The translations under genes and the position numbers were made by a program. From a virus (Duplodnaviria > Caudoviricetes), in IMG/VR virus record IMGVR_UViG_3300012157_000001, positions 96,001-160,000 of that record: a DNA stretch of 64,000 nucleotides, one strand, 5' to 3'. The notes under the pieces were generated by a model, which was not told the origin of the DNA, searched no databases, and was given only the letters and a program-made list of their open reading frames with translations. Below, piece after piece: positions 27,627-37,814 of the stretch (position 1 is its first letter; each line of letters starts with the position of its first letter).

Positions 27627-28205
27627 ATGGTTGATTCTTCTAGGCGCCAGGGGTCAGGTGACGGCCACATTTTGATTTCCGGCACAGGGCGCGCCGGGAC
27701 CACGCTGCTCGTCAAGTACTTCACTGCGCTCGGCTTCGATACCGGATTCACCAAAGAGCACGCGCAGTCGATCAACACGGGGCTAGAACATGTTTCAGAC
27801 AAGGAGCCGCTGCCCTACGTGATCAAGTCTCCGCACTACGCCGACCTCCTGGGAGTGTGCCTGGAGCAGCGTACCCTCGACATCAAGTGCTGCATCGTTC
27901 CAGTGCGCCGACTTTTCGATGCTGCCGAGAGTCGGCGACAAGCGGGTTTGGTTTGGCTGACCAAGGAGCCGCAACACCAAGAGGGTGTGCTCACATCGCA
28001 GCTCTACAAGTTGATCGAGGCGCTAGTCCGCCACGACGTTCCGACGTACTTCTTGCACTTTCCTACGTTCGCGGCATCGGCGGAACGCCTTTACCTGGGA
28101 CTGAAGCGCGTGCTCGACGAGCACGGAGTATCTCGCGAGGAGTCCGACGCTGCACACCGCGAAGTCGTCGATCTTCAGCTCATCCACCGGTTTTCGAGCG
28201 ACTGA
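27627..28205 (+). CDS. sulfotransferase-like P-loop protein (start uncertain)
   Basis: ILISGTGRAGTTLLV, VIKSP, IVPVR...AAES. Confidence 0.65.
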   Translation: MVDSSRRQGSGDGHILISGTGRAGTTLLVKYFTALGFDTGFTKEHAQSINTGLEHVSDKEPLPYVIKSPHYADLLGVCLEQRTLDIKCCIVPVRRLFDAAESRRQAGLVWLTKEPQHQEGVLTSQLYKLIEALVRHDVPTYFLHFPTFAASAERLYLGLKRVLDEHGVSREESDAAHREVVDLQLIHRFSSD

Positions 28206-28206
28206 C

Positions 28207-28782
28207 TCAAACTCGTTTTAGCACCGTGAGACCGTTGTTGTTGGTGCGTCGCTCAGCGAGCGACCACTCTGGATGCCTACCGAGAAACTCCTCCACGGCG
28301 CCCCAGAGCCCCGGCGCTGCGCCGTCCTCACCCTTGGGGCCGAACGTTTCTGTGTCGTGCATCGCGATGTACCTACGCACATGCTCGCTGTGACGTTCGA
28401 GCTCGACCAGTAGCTGGTGATAGACGTGGTAGGTGTCGATGAAGAGGAGATCGGTCGGTTCGATGGTCAGCGTGAGCGTATCAGCTTGCTCGAACTTAAA
28501 GTTGATCTCCGCCTGCTCCGACAGCCGCTCCTGCAGCTCCAGATCGGTGCCCCGGTAGTTCCGGTTCGCCTGGTCCCTGCTCAGCAGATCGTAGCTCCGC
28601 AGTGTCCGAGGCCGTGCCTGCAGAAAGGCCCAGGTCGAGCGACCGATGCCGAACTCCGTGACGTGCGCGCACTCTTCGGCGAGCTCACACAATCGGCGCA
28701 TGTGCTCGTTGATGTCCGTCTGCATCTCGCAGGACTCCAGGAACGTGCGCTCGATTTCATCTATCGGTGCGATTGCCTCCAT
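28207..28782 (-). CDS. class I SAM methyltransferase (Methyltransf_24-like)
   Basis: DINEHM...VTEFG...STWAFL...TDLLFIDTYH...IAMHDT...NNNGLTVL. Confidence 0.82.
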   Translation of the reverse strand: MEAIAPIDEIERTFLESCEMQTDINEHMRRLCELAEECAHVTEFGIGRSTWAFLQARPRTLRSYDLLSRDQANRNYRGTDLELQERLSEQAEINFKFEQADTLTLTIEPTDLLFIDTYHVYHQLLVELERHSEHVRRYIAMHDTETFGPKGEDGAAPGLWGAVEEFLGRHPEWSLAERRTNNNGLTVLKRV

Positions 28783-28789
28783 GGCGACT

Positions 28790-29419
28790 TCACCGCGAGT
28801 AGACGGCCCAAAAGTTGTCCGGACCGGTCTCCACTCGAACGAAGCCGGCAGCCTCCAGGATACCGAGCGCGCGCCGCATGCTCGGCCAGTTCGTGTCGTC
28901 AGCGATCCAGACCGCTCGCTTGGCCATCTTCGGGAGCCACGTCGTGACATCTCGGCACGACACGAGCTCGGAGTGGTTCGAGTCAAGATGCATCAGATCG
29001 ATCGAACCGTCCTCGTAGTCGCTCAAGGCGTCGGTGGTACGCTTGCGAACGACACTAGCAAAGTCCGCCACATCGAACCGTTTCACTCCGTCGATCGTGT
29101 GGCGTACCAGCGCCTCGTAGTCCGTGTCATGTCCCCAGAGCTTCTTGTCGACGTCTGACTGCTCACCTTCCAAGCAGTCCTCGCTCGACCACGAATCGAT
29201 GCCGTCGATCCTTCCACGACCCGCGAGCTTCAACCCGAGAGCGAGCGCCACAAGGCTCCTACCTCCGTAGACGCCTAGCTCCACCGCTCGTTCGCCCCCA
29301 AGGGCTGCAGCCTCAAGAGCGATGTGCATGATGCGCTTCGCCTTGTACGGGGTGCACCAGCCAGGGAGCGAGGTGATCTGGGCATCGAGCAAAGCTTCGG
29401 CTTCAACAAAACTCTTCAT
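28790..29419 (-). CDS. class I SAM methyltransferase (Methyltransf_24-like)
   Basis: GWCT..KA, VELGVYGGRS, GIDSW, IDLMHLDSNH, IADDT. Confidence 0.85.
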   Translation of the reverse strand: MKSFVEAEALLDAQITSLPGWCTPYKAKRIMHIALEAAALGGERAVELGVYGGRSLVALALGLKLAGRGRIDGIDSWSSEDCLEGEQSDVDKKLWGHDTDYEALVRHTIDGVKRFDVADFASVVRKRTTDALSDYEDGSIDLMHLDSNHSELVSCRDVTTWLPKMAKRAVWIADDTNWPSMRRALGILEAAGFVRVETGPDNFWAVYSR

Positions 29420-29422
29420 GGC

Positions 29423-30058
29423 TTACTCCGGAATGTAGGTGTCGAACTGTTCGAGAATGCGAGGCAGCACCGTGTATACGCGGGACATCCGCGGGAACGA
29501 GTGGAAACCGAGTGAAAGGTCGATCGGCGCGTAGCAGCGCGCCTCGTCTTGGGTCGCGATGAGCGTTTCGAGTGCGGTGCGCCGAACGATGTATCCGTGC
29601 GTACAGGCCGGCCATTTCACCTCGTACACCTCCCCAGAGATGTGCTTTCGATGCCTACCCTGGGTGCAACACGAGCCCACGTACAACACGTCGAAGTGGC
29701 CGGCGTCCTCCACCGCTCGATCTAAGCGCTCTCGCCAATTCTCCGGAAACTTTGCGTCGTCCTCGACGACGAAGAACAGTTGATCCGGCAGGAGCAACAA
29801 TGCCGCCCAGAGAGCTCGGTGCGAGAGCCAACAACCGGTTGGCTTCGGGCCCATGCGAAAGCCGCATCCGGGTCCCCCGTCGACCTCGTAGGGAAGCGTC
29901 GTCTCGACTCCTAGCTTGGGTGCGTTTAGCCCGTAGAAATAGGCTGCGTCTACGCCTCGCTCGGCAAAGTGCTGCCGCGTACGCTCGCCAGTGCGAATTC
30001 CCACGCCCGGCGTCTGTGCCTCGTAGCTACCGAACAACGTCACACAGACGATCTTCAT
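29423..30058 (-). CDS. glycosyltransferase family 25-like
   Basis: GCWLSHRALW, VVEDDA, DVLYVG, CTHGYIV, PID. Confidence 0.82.
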   Translation of the reverse strand: MKIVCVTLFGSYEAQTPGVGIRTGERTRQHFAERGVDAAYFYGLNAPKLGVETTLPYEVDGGPGCGFRMGPKPTGCWLSHRALWAALLLLPDQLFFVVEDDAKFPENWRERLDRAVEDAGHFDVLYVGSCCTQGRHRKHISGEVYEVKWPACTHGYIVRRTALETLIATQDEARCYAPIDLSLGFHSFPRMSRVYTVLPRILEQFDTYIPE

Positions 30059-30756
30059 TTGTTTGCCTCACCGTTGAATGGACGGTCGTACTTCTCCGCC
30101 CCGGGCATGCCGCCCCATTTCGCCACGTACCGATCTCGGTTGGCGACCCAGCGCTCTTGAAACCACGCGCTCTTCTCGCCCGTTGAGCCTTGGTACCCGG
30201 CATGTTCGATGAGCCATCCGTGCGTGATGCCCGAGGCATAGGTTGCGCGTCCGTAAGACGGCCGGCTCACCTCTTTGATGGGCCACTCGTCGATCTGCTC
30301 GCCCGCCAGCCGAAGCCGACGACGATAATCGGTGTCCTCCCAGTACGCGGGGTAGTATTCCTCGTCGAACTCTCCCACGCGCCGCCACACCTCCTCGTCA
30401 AGCCGATACGCCGAGAAGCCCTGCGCAGCCACCACACGGCGCGCCGAATCCATCATCCGGGAGAAGGTATCTCTGGCGACGGCGCAATCGCCGTTCAGGA
30501 TGATGATCGTGCCGACGCCGTCCTCGTCGAACACGGTGCGACAGAGCAGATTCCACGAGCCGGCACAGCCGACGTTGCGGGTTGGTCGCAGAACATCAAA
30601 GCCTGCTACAGCGCCGAGCAGGCTTTCACCATCGTCCACCACCAGCCTTCGGATCGGCGGCAGATCGCTCGCAAGCGCCGACTCGATAGTCTCCCGCCAG
30701 ACCCAGTCGGGCTCGTTGTAGCGAGTAATCCCCAACACGAACGGCGGCCGGCTCAT
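30055..30756 (-). CDS. glycosyltransferase family 2-like
   Basis: VVDDG, NVGCAGSWN, ILNGD, VGEFDEEYYPAYWEDTDY. Confidence 0.82.
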   Translation of the reverse strand: MSRPPFVLGITRYNEPDWVWRETIESALASDLPPIRRLVVDDGESLLGAVAGFDVLRPTRNVGCAGSWNLLCRTVFDEDGVGTIIILNGDCAVARDTFSRMMDSARRVVAAQGFSAYRLDEEVWRRVGEFDEEYYPAYWEDTDYRRRLRLAGEQIDEWPIKEVSRPSYGRATYASGITHGWLIEHAGYQGSTGEKSAWFQERWVANRDRYVAKWGGMPGAEKYDRPFNGEANK

Positions 30757-31367
30757 CGTTTACGGTACACCTTCCAGCCGCCGTGATCTTCGAGCTCGCT
30801 GAAACCGAGAGCTTCGAGCTCTCGTTGAGCTTTCTTGGTGGTCGGCCAGTCCGTGTCATCAAATACCCAAAGGCCGCCGCTGCGCACCTTGGGAGCCCAG
30901 AGCGCGACCTCTTCGCACGACACCTCTTCAGAGTGGTTCGAGTCTTGGTGCAACAGGTCGATAGTTCCGTCTCCGTAGAACCCGACGACGTCCCGTGAGC
31001 TCATTCGAATGAGCCGTGCGTACCAGACCAGGTCTAGTCGGTAGAGCGCCTCTTGGGCGCTTCGCGCGACTACTTCGTAGTCCACCTTCTGACCCCACCA
31101 CTTGTCATTTTCGGGATCATTGGTTCCCTCCAGGGCAGCCCCTGGAGTGAACGGGTCGATGCCGTCAACCCTTCCGAAGTCATTGCGTCCGCACCGCACT
31201 CCTAGCGCAATCGCGACAAGACTTCTGCCGCCGAACACGCCTAGCTCCACGCAGAGATTTTGGTCACGTGCGAGCGCCGACAACCGATAGGCTTTTTCGA
31301 TCGTGCACCATCCAAGCATGCCCGGTAGCTCCCGATCGATAATCGCTTCGACTTCCGACCGGCTCAT
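30753..31367 (-). CDS. class I SAM methyltransferase (paralog of 28790..29419)
   Basis: GWCT.EKA, VELGVFGGRS, GIDPF, IDLLHQDSNH, VFDDT. Confidence 0.85.
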   Translation of the reverse strand: MSRSEVEAIIDRELPGMLGWCTIEKAYRLSALARDQNLCVELGVFGGRSLVAIALGVRCGRNDFGRVDGIDPFTPGAALEGTNDPENDKWWGQKVDYEVVARSAQEALYRLDLVWYARLIRMSSRDVVGFYGDGTIDLLHQDSNHSEEVSCEEVALWAPKVRSGGLWVFDDTDWPTTKKAQRELEALGFSELEDHGGWKVYRKR

Positions 31368-33355
31368 GGAGTGACCCATGTCATGGTGCTGAGCTCTTTC
31401 TTATCGATGCGAGCGAACCACGCTTCACAGTCTTTGATGCCGTAGGTCAGAACAAGATCCGGACCATCCTCCACGAGGCCGGCGCAGAACTCGATGCCGT
31501 AGACCTGGAAGATCCAAGACGGAGACACTGCCGCCACATTGAACTCGGCGTCGAGCTTCACAAATCGATGCAGGTAGATTCTGGTTTCAACCGCCTCGAT
31601 CGTTTCGTGGACCACACACAAGTAGCCGCCCTCGAACGCAATCGCTGCGCCGCCGCGCGCATGGTCGAGAGCGAGCGGACACGCTCTACGCGCGTCCCCA
31701 GGGATCACTACCGTGGGATCAAGCGAATAGATGAACCGGATGTCGCCACCAACGACAACCGGCATCCAGTTCTTTTCATGCGTCTGCCGGCTCTCCTGTA
31801 CGTGAGCGTGGGTGACGTTGCCGTCGCGATCGAGGTCGAGCTTAGCGATCATTCTCCGAGCAGCATCGCGGTCGCACACGGTACAGCTCCCGGCTAGCAT
31901 TGGACCTTCCGGGCCCTTTAGCGATACCAGTCGGATGTCTTCGTATCCGACGATCTTCGAGTCTTGCCGAGGTGACGGATCCAGGTCTCGCATCCGCTTG
32001 GGATCGATCAACTCGCCAGAAGGCCCGAGACGTCCCAGGTAGTTCTCGGTTCGAACGATCCTGTCCGGGTCGTCGATGGAGTATTTCCTGCCGCTCATCG
32101 AATAGTTCACAGCACGCACGACGCACCAGAGCTCGCCATTATGGCGACAAACGCTTGGGTTCATCGGCCGATAGCCGTCGGGCGGCTCGAACTTGATCTT
32201 CGTGCTCTTCGCGCTCGGCAGCAGCTTTCCCAGCGCAAGGGGGCGGAGCATGCCCCGCGCCTCGTCACGACGTATATGCGGCGCTCGCGGCGAGACGCTC
32301 AGCCGATCCAGTTCTTCTTGGCTGCCAACGCCCAGTCGTTCCAGCTTCGCCTGAACAAAGTCACGCTCTGCCTGCGCGCGCTCTTCTCCTTCCGGGAGCG
32401 CATACCTCAAAATGTCGTATGGGAGCTCGTAGAGCGCGGGTAGGTGTTTGAAGTGCTCTCGATCGGCCGCGTGCACCCTACCGCTTCCTTTGAATCGTCC
32501 CCCCGCCTCAGCCAAGCGTGCCCACGCAATCGCCTGGTTCTTTCTACCAAGCTTAAATGCTGCCAGCGCTGCCATCCACGCACACTCGGAGTAGGTAGAA
32601 TCGGCCGCCAGACCGCGCGCCGCGGCGTAGATGGCTCCATCGAACTGCTTCATCAGGTACAGCATCTCCGCATGCTTGTACGCTGCCCACGCTGCCTCGC
32701 CGCCGAACTTGCCCAGGACAACGCAACGGTTGAAGGCATCCGCCGCCCGCTTGGGATCACCAAGTCCCTCGTACGAGGTGCCGAGGTAGTACCACCACCG
32801 CGCAGCGGTAGGCTCTTTCTTCACGTACTCCGAGAGCAATGCGACGTCTTGGATATACTTCCTGGCGTACTGTTCCTTCGATTTTTCGAGCTCCAGGAAC
32901 GATGCTCCCTTTAGGGTCGTCCTGGACCCACAGTGCAGGAACTCATGCGTCGGTCCGGTGAAGCACGCGCCTCGACGGGCGCGAATGATCTTCTCCTTCG
33001 AGTAGAAGCCCGTGAAGCTCTCCATGAGCACCACTTCTTCTTTGATCGCCGCAAGCGAGGATCTCAGATCCCGCTCTCCGAAGCTGAGTCGCTCGTCCGA
33101 GTCGACAATGACAATCCAAGTCGCTCCTAACTCTTCGGCGAAGCGGAAGCCCGCGTTCCTGGCAGTCGAAAAGTCGACCCAGGCGTGCTTGGCCAGGCGC
33201 AGCTTCTCCTTCGCTACCTCTCGCGCCACCGCTTCCGTGCCGTCCTTGATTCCGGTGTCAACGAGAAGCACCCGATCGACGTGATCAACCACGCTTCGAA
33301 TCGCGTCGCCGATCTCTGATTCGCGGCTATCGGTGATGGTGACAGAAACGATCAA
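31364..33355 (-). CDS. GT2 glycosyltransferase + TPR + five-bladed propeller (GH130/GH43-like) fusion
   Basis: LVDTG..DGT, WVDFSTARN, VDSDE, GPTHE; TPR RWWYYLGTSY; MNPSV, GYEDIRL, EKNWMP, RGG, IEFCAGL. Confidence 0.8.
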   Translation of the reverse strand: MIVSVTITDSRESEIGDAIRSVVDHVDRVLLVDTGIKDGTEAVAREVAKEKLRLAKHAWVDFSTARNAGFRFAEELGATWIVIVDSDERLSFGERDLRSSLAAIKEEVVLMESFTGFYSKEKIIRARRGACFTGPTHEFLHCGSRTTLKGASFLELEKSKEQYARKYIQDVALLSEYVKKEPTAARWWYYLGTSYEGLGDPKRAADAFNRCVVLGKFGGEAAWAAYKHAEMLYLMKQFDGAIYAAARGLAADSTYSECAWMAALAAFKLGRKNQAIAWARLAEAGGRFKGSGRVHAADREHFKHLPALYELPYDILRYALPEGEERAQAERDFVQAKLERLGVGSQEELDRLSVSPRAPHIRRDEARGMLRPLALGKLLPSAKSTKIKFEPPDGYRPMNPSVCRHNGELWCVVRAVNYSMSGRKYSIDDPDRIVRTENYLGRLGPSGELIDPKRMRDLDPSPRQDSKIVGYEDIRLVSLKGPEGPMLAGSCTVCDRDAARRMIAKLDLDRDGNVTHAHVQESRQTHEKNWMPVVVGGDIRFIYSLDPTVVIPGDARRACPLALDHARGGAAIAFEGGYLCVVHETIEAVETRIYLHRFVKLDAEFNVAAVSPSWIFQVYGIEFCAGLVEDGPDLVLTYGIKDCEAWFARIDKKELSTMTWVTP

Positions 33356-33453
33356 GAGCTCTCGTGGACTCTATATCGTTTTGTGCCTAAAACGCATCCA
33401 TCTTTTTGCTCGGAGGCGCCAATGCAGCCAATTCAGCCACAAAGACGCACTGC

Positions 33454-34224
33454 TCATTGTGGGATCGGCGAGAGCGACAGCGAGTGAATCGAAAGATCTT
33501 GGTTCCCGTCGAACTTGGATCCCAATGGACGGAGCGTGTCGCCGTTGTTCAATGTGACCCGTCGCTGAGAAGTGATCGAGATGCCGCCGCCGCTAACCAG
33601 GTCAGCGTAACCTGCGCCCGCTGCCGATGCGGCAGCCGAGAACATCGCTGCGCCGGTGAGATCGCCGTTGAGCGCAATCGCGACGCCGCACGTGCCGCTC
33701 AGGCCGTCGGTGCCCTCGAAGCTACAAGAGAGCGCGACCAGAAAACTGCGCCCGCTCACGCCGTTGTAGGTGAGCACGGAAGACGCGGCAGTCAGTGTGA
33801 AATCCGACGTGCCGTCATACGAAAAATCGGATCCAACCACCTCGCGCCATATCGCCGAGTTGCCATTGGTGTCAAAGGTGTTGGTGAAGTCGTCGGTGAC
33901 TTGAGACGTGCCGCCGGTGAACGAGGGCCCCGTCGGTCCGCCGGGCCCCGTCGGTCCGCCGGGTCCGGTCGGTCCGCCGGGTCCGGTCGGTCCGCCGGGT
34001 CCGGTCGGTCCGCCGGGTCCGGTCGGTCCGCCGGGTCCGGTCGGTCCATCAGCGCCGGCTGGTCCGCCAGGGCCCGTTGGTCCGGCCGGCCCCGTCGCCC
34101 CGCCGCCACCATCGGAGGGCCCGGTCGGTCCGGGAGGGCCGGGCGGTCCCGAGGGCCCCGTTACTCCCGGCTCGCGCGGGTCGAGTATCGGGGTGCCTAC
34201 GTGGTCCTTCGGTAGCTGCGACAC
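33454..34224 (-). CDS. collagen-like protein with C-terminal beta-sandwich (BclA-like architecture)
   Basis: (GPTGPG)n triplets followed by a beta-rich domain. Confidence 0.8.
   Translation of the reverse strand: MSQLPKDHVGTPILDPREPGVTGPSGPPGPPGPTGPSDGGGGATGPAGPTGPGGPAGADGPTGPGGPTGPGGPTGPGGPTGPGGPTGPGGPTGPGGPTGPSFTGGTSQVTDDFTNTFDTNGNSAIWREVVGSDFSYDGTSDFTLTAASSVLTYNGVSGRSFLVALSCSFEGTDGLSGTCGVAIALNGDLTGAAMFSAAASAAGAGYADLVSGGGISITSQRRVTLNNGDTLRPLGSKFDGNQDLSIHSLSLSPIPQ
33926..34047 (-). repeat. 18-bp coding tandem repeat (GPTGPG)
   Basis: ggtcggtccgccgggtcc units. Confidence 0.9.
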
Positions 34225-34301
34225 GTGCTGGCAACGGTACCGGAGGCCTCCCCTGAGGCGCCATTTTTGTGTCCCAGAAAAGCTCCTGGTACGGTTTGTC
34301 C

Positions 34302-34826
34302 ATGCGCTACGTGCCGCCGCCTCCGCCGCGCAGAGCGCGCGCCGAAACGTCCGAGCAGCTTCGCCGTCTCGTTGAGACCGAAGAGGCGCGCCATCGCGCA
34401 GAAGATCGGCCCTTTGATCCCGAAGCGCCTCGCGAGCATTACGCGGGCGCGCATCATTTTTCCGTCAACGCGCGAGCCCAAGCTGCCGTCGACTCCCATG
34501 CTGCGACCGAGCTCGTACTCTTCATCGAGAACACCGCCGACCTCTCGCCCGACGGTCCCCAAGGACAGGGTCATAGTGTGCTCCTGAATGCGCTTCGCAA
34601 GTGGCGTAAGGGTACGTACGAGCCGGCCCTCGCCATCCGTTTGTTTGAGTACCTCACCGAGTCCGGCGCAAAGCGCTACGCGCGCGAGTTCGACCATCCG
34701 TCACGTTGGAGCGAGATCTTCAATCCGGCGACCCGGCGCGAGGCCGCGCGGCAACTGGAAGAGGGCTTCCGTAACTCAGCCGAACGAGGCGAGTACAACG
34801 ACGTCGATTCACGTATCCGCCGCTGA
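34302..34826 (+). CDS. phage protein (ELxLFIEN...RK..KG.Y...GAK.Y..EF module)
   Basis: globular, phage-like helical domain. Confidence 0.6.
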   Translation: MRYVPPPPPRRARAETSEQLRRLVETEEARHRAEDRPFDPEAPREHYAGAHHFSVNARAQAAVDSHAATELVLFIENTADLSPDGPQGQGHSVLLNALRKWRKGTYEPALAIRLFEYLTESGAKRYAREFDHPSRWSEIFNPATRREAARQLEEGFRNSAERGEYNDVDSRIRR

Positions 34827-34851
34827 TCGCTAGCCGTCGGTGCCGAGGTTC

Positions 34852-35520
34852 CTACGCTCTGAGCTTCATATTTCGCATCCAGCCGAGCGTGAAGTTCCCA
34901 TCGGATGTGTGCCGTCTCGGATGATGATGGTGCCCTAGCAGCGACGGCGAGAACTGATGCTCAACAAGCGACGGCACGTGTACGCAAATACGCCTGCCCA
35001 TTGTCCTGATTGCATGCGAGACGGCGATGTCGGTGTGCGGCAGCGTCCCTCCCAGCGCGTCCCGCCACGAGTATACGTGCCGCAGAAGCTCTGGGAGGTC
35101 GTCGCGACGGAATAGAAGCCCTACGCTGCAGTGTAACGACGGACGACGAAGCCAGCGGCCGCGTCCATCGTGGCGCCGTCCGTAGATGTAGTCGATGATG
35201 CTGAACGCCGCCCCGCCGGGGTTGATGAGCCATCCAACGCCAAACCGTGGATCCGCCACATCCGTCCACGTCGTCACGTTTTCTACAATGTGCCGGTTGA
35301 CGAGCGCATCGTCCTCTAGGAACAGCACCAACCGCGTCGTCGCCGTCCGCGCACGCTCCATGACCGCTCGATAGTGAGCGAGCACAGTCACCCCTGCAGG
35401 ATGTTCGTGCCACTCGTAGTTCGTTCCGATGTCGCTCGCCTCGATCGATGCTCGGCAACGGTCGCTCACGGCACCGCGTCGGGGCGCAGCCATCACCAGC
35501 ACAGTTACGTCGTCGGCCAT
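34852..35520 (-). CDS. glycosyltransferase-like protein
   Basis: VTVLVMA, LFLEDDA, PSLVEH...SLLGH. Confidence 0.65.
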   Translation of the reverse strand: MADDVTVLVMAAPRRGAVSDRCRASIEASDIGTNYEWHEHPAGVTVLAHYRAVMERARTATTRLVLFLEDDALVNRHIVENVTTWTDVADPRFGVGWLINPGGAAFSIIDYIYGRRHDGRGRWLRRPSLHCSVGLLFRRDDLPELLRHVYSWRDALGGTLPHTDIAVSHAIRTMGRRICVHVPSLVEHQFSPSLLGHHHHPRRHTSDGNFTLGWMRNMKLRA

Positions 35521-35526
35521 ATGTGG

Positions 35527-35817
35527 CTACCTGGTTCGACGTACAAGCCACCGACCGATGTACACTCCGGCCACCGTGGCGATCACATCGGCAGCGTGGT
35601 TCGCTAGCGAGCTCGCCGGCACGACTCGGTCGAAGGCAGCGCGCCGTGCGCCGTTCTTCGCTGCGAGCCACGCAAACTCGACACCTAACGAGGCCAGCAC
35701 CGCGGACGTCAGACCGATTCCAAGCAGACCAGATACGACGCCGATGCTGCCGTGCACAGCGGTGTCCCGGTCGATTACCGCGACGTGCTGCTCGGCTGCA
35801 TTGCTGGCTACCAGCAT
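35527..35817 (-). CDS. small membrane protein
   Basis: hydrophobic helices; basic C-terminus. Confidence 0.5.
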   Translation of the reverse strand: MLVASNAAEQHVAVIDRDTAVHGSIGVVSGLLGIGLTSAVLASLGVEFAWLAAKNGARRAAFDRVVPASSLANHAADVIATVAGVYIGRWLVRRTR

Positions 35818-35827
35818 CGTCCGACCG

Positions 35828-36892
35828 TCACAGAAGGCGCTCTCCGGTTCGAGCTTCGTAGCGCCGGACGAGTCGGAAGCTCGCCGACTCGGGGTCGAAA
35901 CCGAGCGAGACAGCTCTATCGTGCGCGCCTTCCGTTGCTCCGATGCGAGCGAACGTCTTGGCGCTCTCCAGGGTTTCGTACGGACCCCATGGGCCTTCAG
36001 CGAGTGGTTCGTTCGAGCCACTCGCGAGCGCCCATACGTAGTAGCCGGAGGCGTTCGGCCGCTGCGACGGCGGTTCCCTTCCGAACATCTGCCTCCACAG
36101 CTCGGCCTGGCTCCGCTGCGCGCCCCCGGGCCGCGCAATATGGCTGCCGGACCGTATCCGGTTCCCAATCTCTTCGGCGAGAGCAGGATCGACCGGACGC
36201 ACCAGATCCCGCAGCGACGCGAGGCTCATCGAGCGCGTACCGCTCTCGCTCCATCCGAGCGCCTCCGCGATCCTGCGGTGCAGGCTATCGTTCGCCGCTT
36301 GACCAAGCGGACCCGTGCGGGCTTCGTAGTCCGCCCATGCGGCGCGGGACGCCTCCTGCCGAGCCCGCCACTCTTCGAGCCCTTGGGCCTCTGCCGCCTG
36401 GTAGGCGCGCGCGTAGACTTCACGCCAGGTGAGATCCTCGTTCGGCGTCAGCGTGACAGCTATCCCTAGGTGGGCCAGGTCACGCGGCTCAGCGTACCCT
36501 TCCAGCGAATCGCCGCGCTTCCAGTCCGCTGGCACGTGCGCCTGCATCGTGTGCACGCCGATCGTCGCGTCCGGCCGTTCCAACAGGATCGTCCGAACCG
36601 CGTCTCGCGCAGGCTCGCGCCGCGTGAACAACTCGCTCAAGTACTTCCCCGTGCGCGTGTCCGCGACGACGAAGCCCAGATTCACGAGCTTGCTGCGCAC
36701 ATTAGGATTCATGCGGCTTCCTCCCGATGCTCCACGTGGAGCAGTGCTTTCAGCGACTACGCGAATGTCGGCGGGGAACCCATCGTGTTCTACCAGCGAC
36801 CGGCGCACCTCGTCCGCGCTCATGTCGGAATCGAAAAACACTCGATTCACCACGCGCCCGCGCTGCACCACATCCCAGCCTTTTTGGCTCAT
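35828..36892 (-). CDS. modular phage protein (about five small domains)
   Basis: VFFDSDMSADEVRRSLVEHDG; IAEALGWS; EGPWGPY..LESAKTFARIGA; ATGA coupling with the endolysin gene. Confidence 0.65.
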   Translation of the reverse strand: MSQKGWDVVQRGRVVNRVFFDSDMSADEVRRSLVEHDGFPADIRVVAESTAPRGASGGSRMNPNVRSKLVNLGFVVADTRTGKYLSELFTRREPARDAVRTILLERPDATIGVHTMQAHVPADWKRGDSLEGYAEPRDLAHLGIAVTLTPNEDLTWREVYARAYQAAEAQGLEEWRARQEASRAAWADYEARTGPLGQAANDSLHRRIAEALGWSESGTRSMSLASLRDLVRPVDPALAEEIGNRIRSGSHIARPGGAQRSQAELWRQMFGREPPSQRPNASGYYVWALASGSNEPLAEGPWGPYETLESAKTFARIGATEGAHDRAVSLGFDPESASFRLVRRYEARTGERLL

Positions 36893-37722
36893 GCAGCCAT
36901 CTCCTGTTCCGTCCACTCCAGCACGAGTCCAATTGGGTAGCTTGGTCCGCAGTCGTAGTGGCGACTGCCTTTTCCAGGATAAGCATGAGTCACGTCGATG
37001 TGCTCGCAAATGCCGCGCGCGCCGGCAACGATCTCATCTGGGTTGAGCCACACGAGCGGCACCGAGTACTGCCTGCACTTCGCCGCGACGAGCTTCGCCA
37101 CGAGTCGCAGCATCCGTTGACCGTAGGGGTCGAGCCACTCCTCGCGAGTTTGCTTCGCGTACCCGGCCTGCTCGATGCCGAGGGAGCGCCCATTCACGCC
37201 CGGAGCATGGAAGGCGATATCCTTGTCCTTGACGTACTGCTGGATCGAATCGTCATCGACGCCGTAGTGGCACGAGGCCGGCTTCGGCATTCCCAGTCTA
37301 AACGCATGACCGAGCGCTTCGGCGCTTGAGTGAAACTCCCCGATTTCGGCGGAGTGGAGCACGATGATGTCGATCGCCGTTCGGTTGCCCCAGCCGTAGT
37401 CACGAGCCTGGACAAACGTGATCGGTGGCAGAGCACCGTCGGGCGCCACTGGGCCTGGAGTTGCGAAGAGCGTTGGATCGACGAGCGCCCGAGTCGCTGC
37501 GTCCACCACGCCAGTGACTGGAAGCCCGCGACGCACCTGGTATGCCTTCGTTGCCGCTTCAGTGCGTGGGCCGAACTGTCCGTCGGCTGCAAGCGGCCAG
37601 CGCCAGGCCCACCCGGCGGGCGGCGACTCGCGCCGAAGGACGGACTGCCACGCGACCACATCGTGGCCAGACACGCCGAGCTTGAGCTCGCGCCACTCCG
37701 ACGGGGACGGCTTCAGCAGCAT
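36889..37722 (-). CDS. endolysin: peptidoglycan-binding domain + N-acetylmuramoyl-L-alanine amidase (Amidase_2)
   Basis: G.DV..WQ..L...ADGQFGP.TEAA.KAYQ..RGL..TG.VD; IVLHS, SCHY.VD, AFHA, N..SLGIE, H.D, H.DCG. Confidence 0.9.
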   Translation of the reverse strand: MLLKPSPSEWRELKLGVSGHDVVAWQSVLRRESPPAGWAWRWPLAADGQFGPRTEAATKAYQVRRGLPVTGVVDAATRALVDPTLFATPGPVAPDGALPPITFVQARDYGWGNRTAIDIIVLHSAEIGEFHSSAEALGHAFRLGMPKPASCHYGVDDDSIQQYVKDKDIAFHAPGVNGRSLGIEQAGYAKQTREEWLDPYGQRMLRLVAKLVAAKCRQYSVPLVWLNPDEIVAGARGICEHIDVTHAYPGKGSRHYDCGPSYPIGLVLEWTEQEMAA

Positions 37723-37814
37723 TAGCGCTTAAGAAAAGCCTACGGCCTAGGCAGAACAGGCCGCAACTTTTCAGCTCTTCCGCGTCCGCAGAAAGACGCC
37801 GGGCCCCGCTGTTT

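Noticed and set aside
34295-34304. 10-nt identity (TTTGTCCATG) between the repeat-proximal end of mini-spacer 49139-49152 and the start codon of ORF 34302
   Set aside because: A 10-mer hit among about 21 spacers in 128 kb of searchable sequence is compatible with chance, and the flank is not a TTN-like PAM; worth rechecking once the PAM is known
33908-34375. + strand collagen-like ORF (GPVGPP)n, and Pro-rich + strand ORFs over 24.8-26.7 kb
   Set aside because: Antisense shadows of the Gly-rich - strand genes
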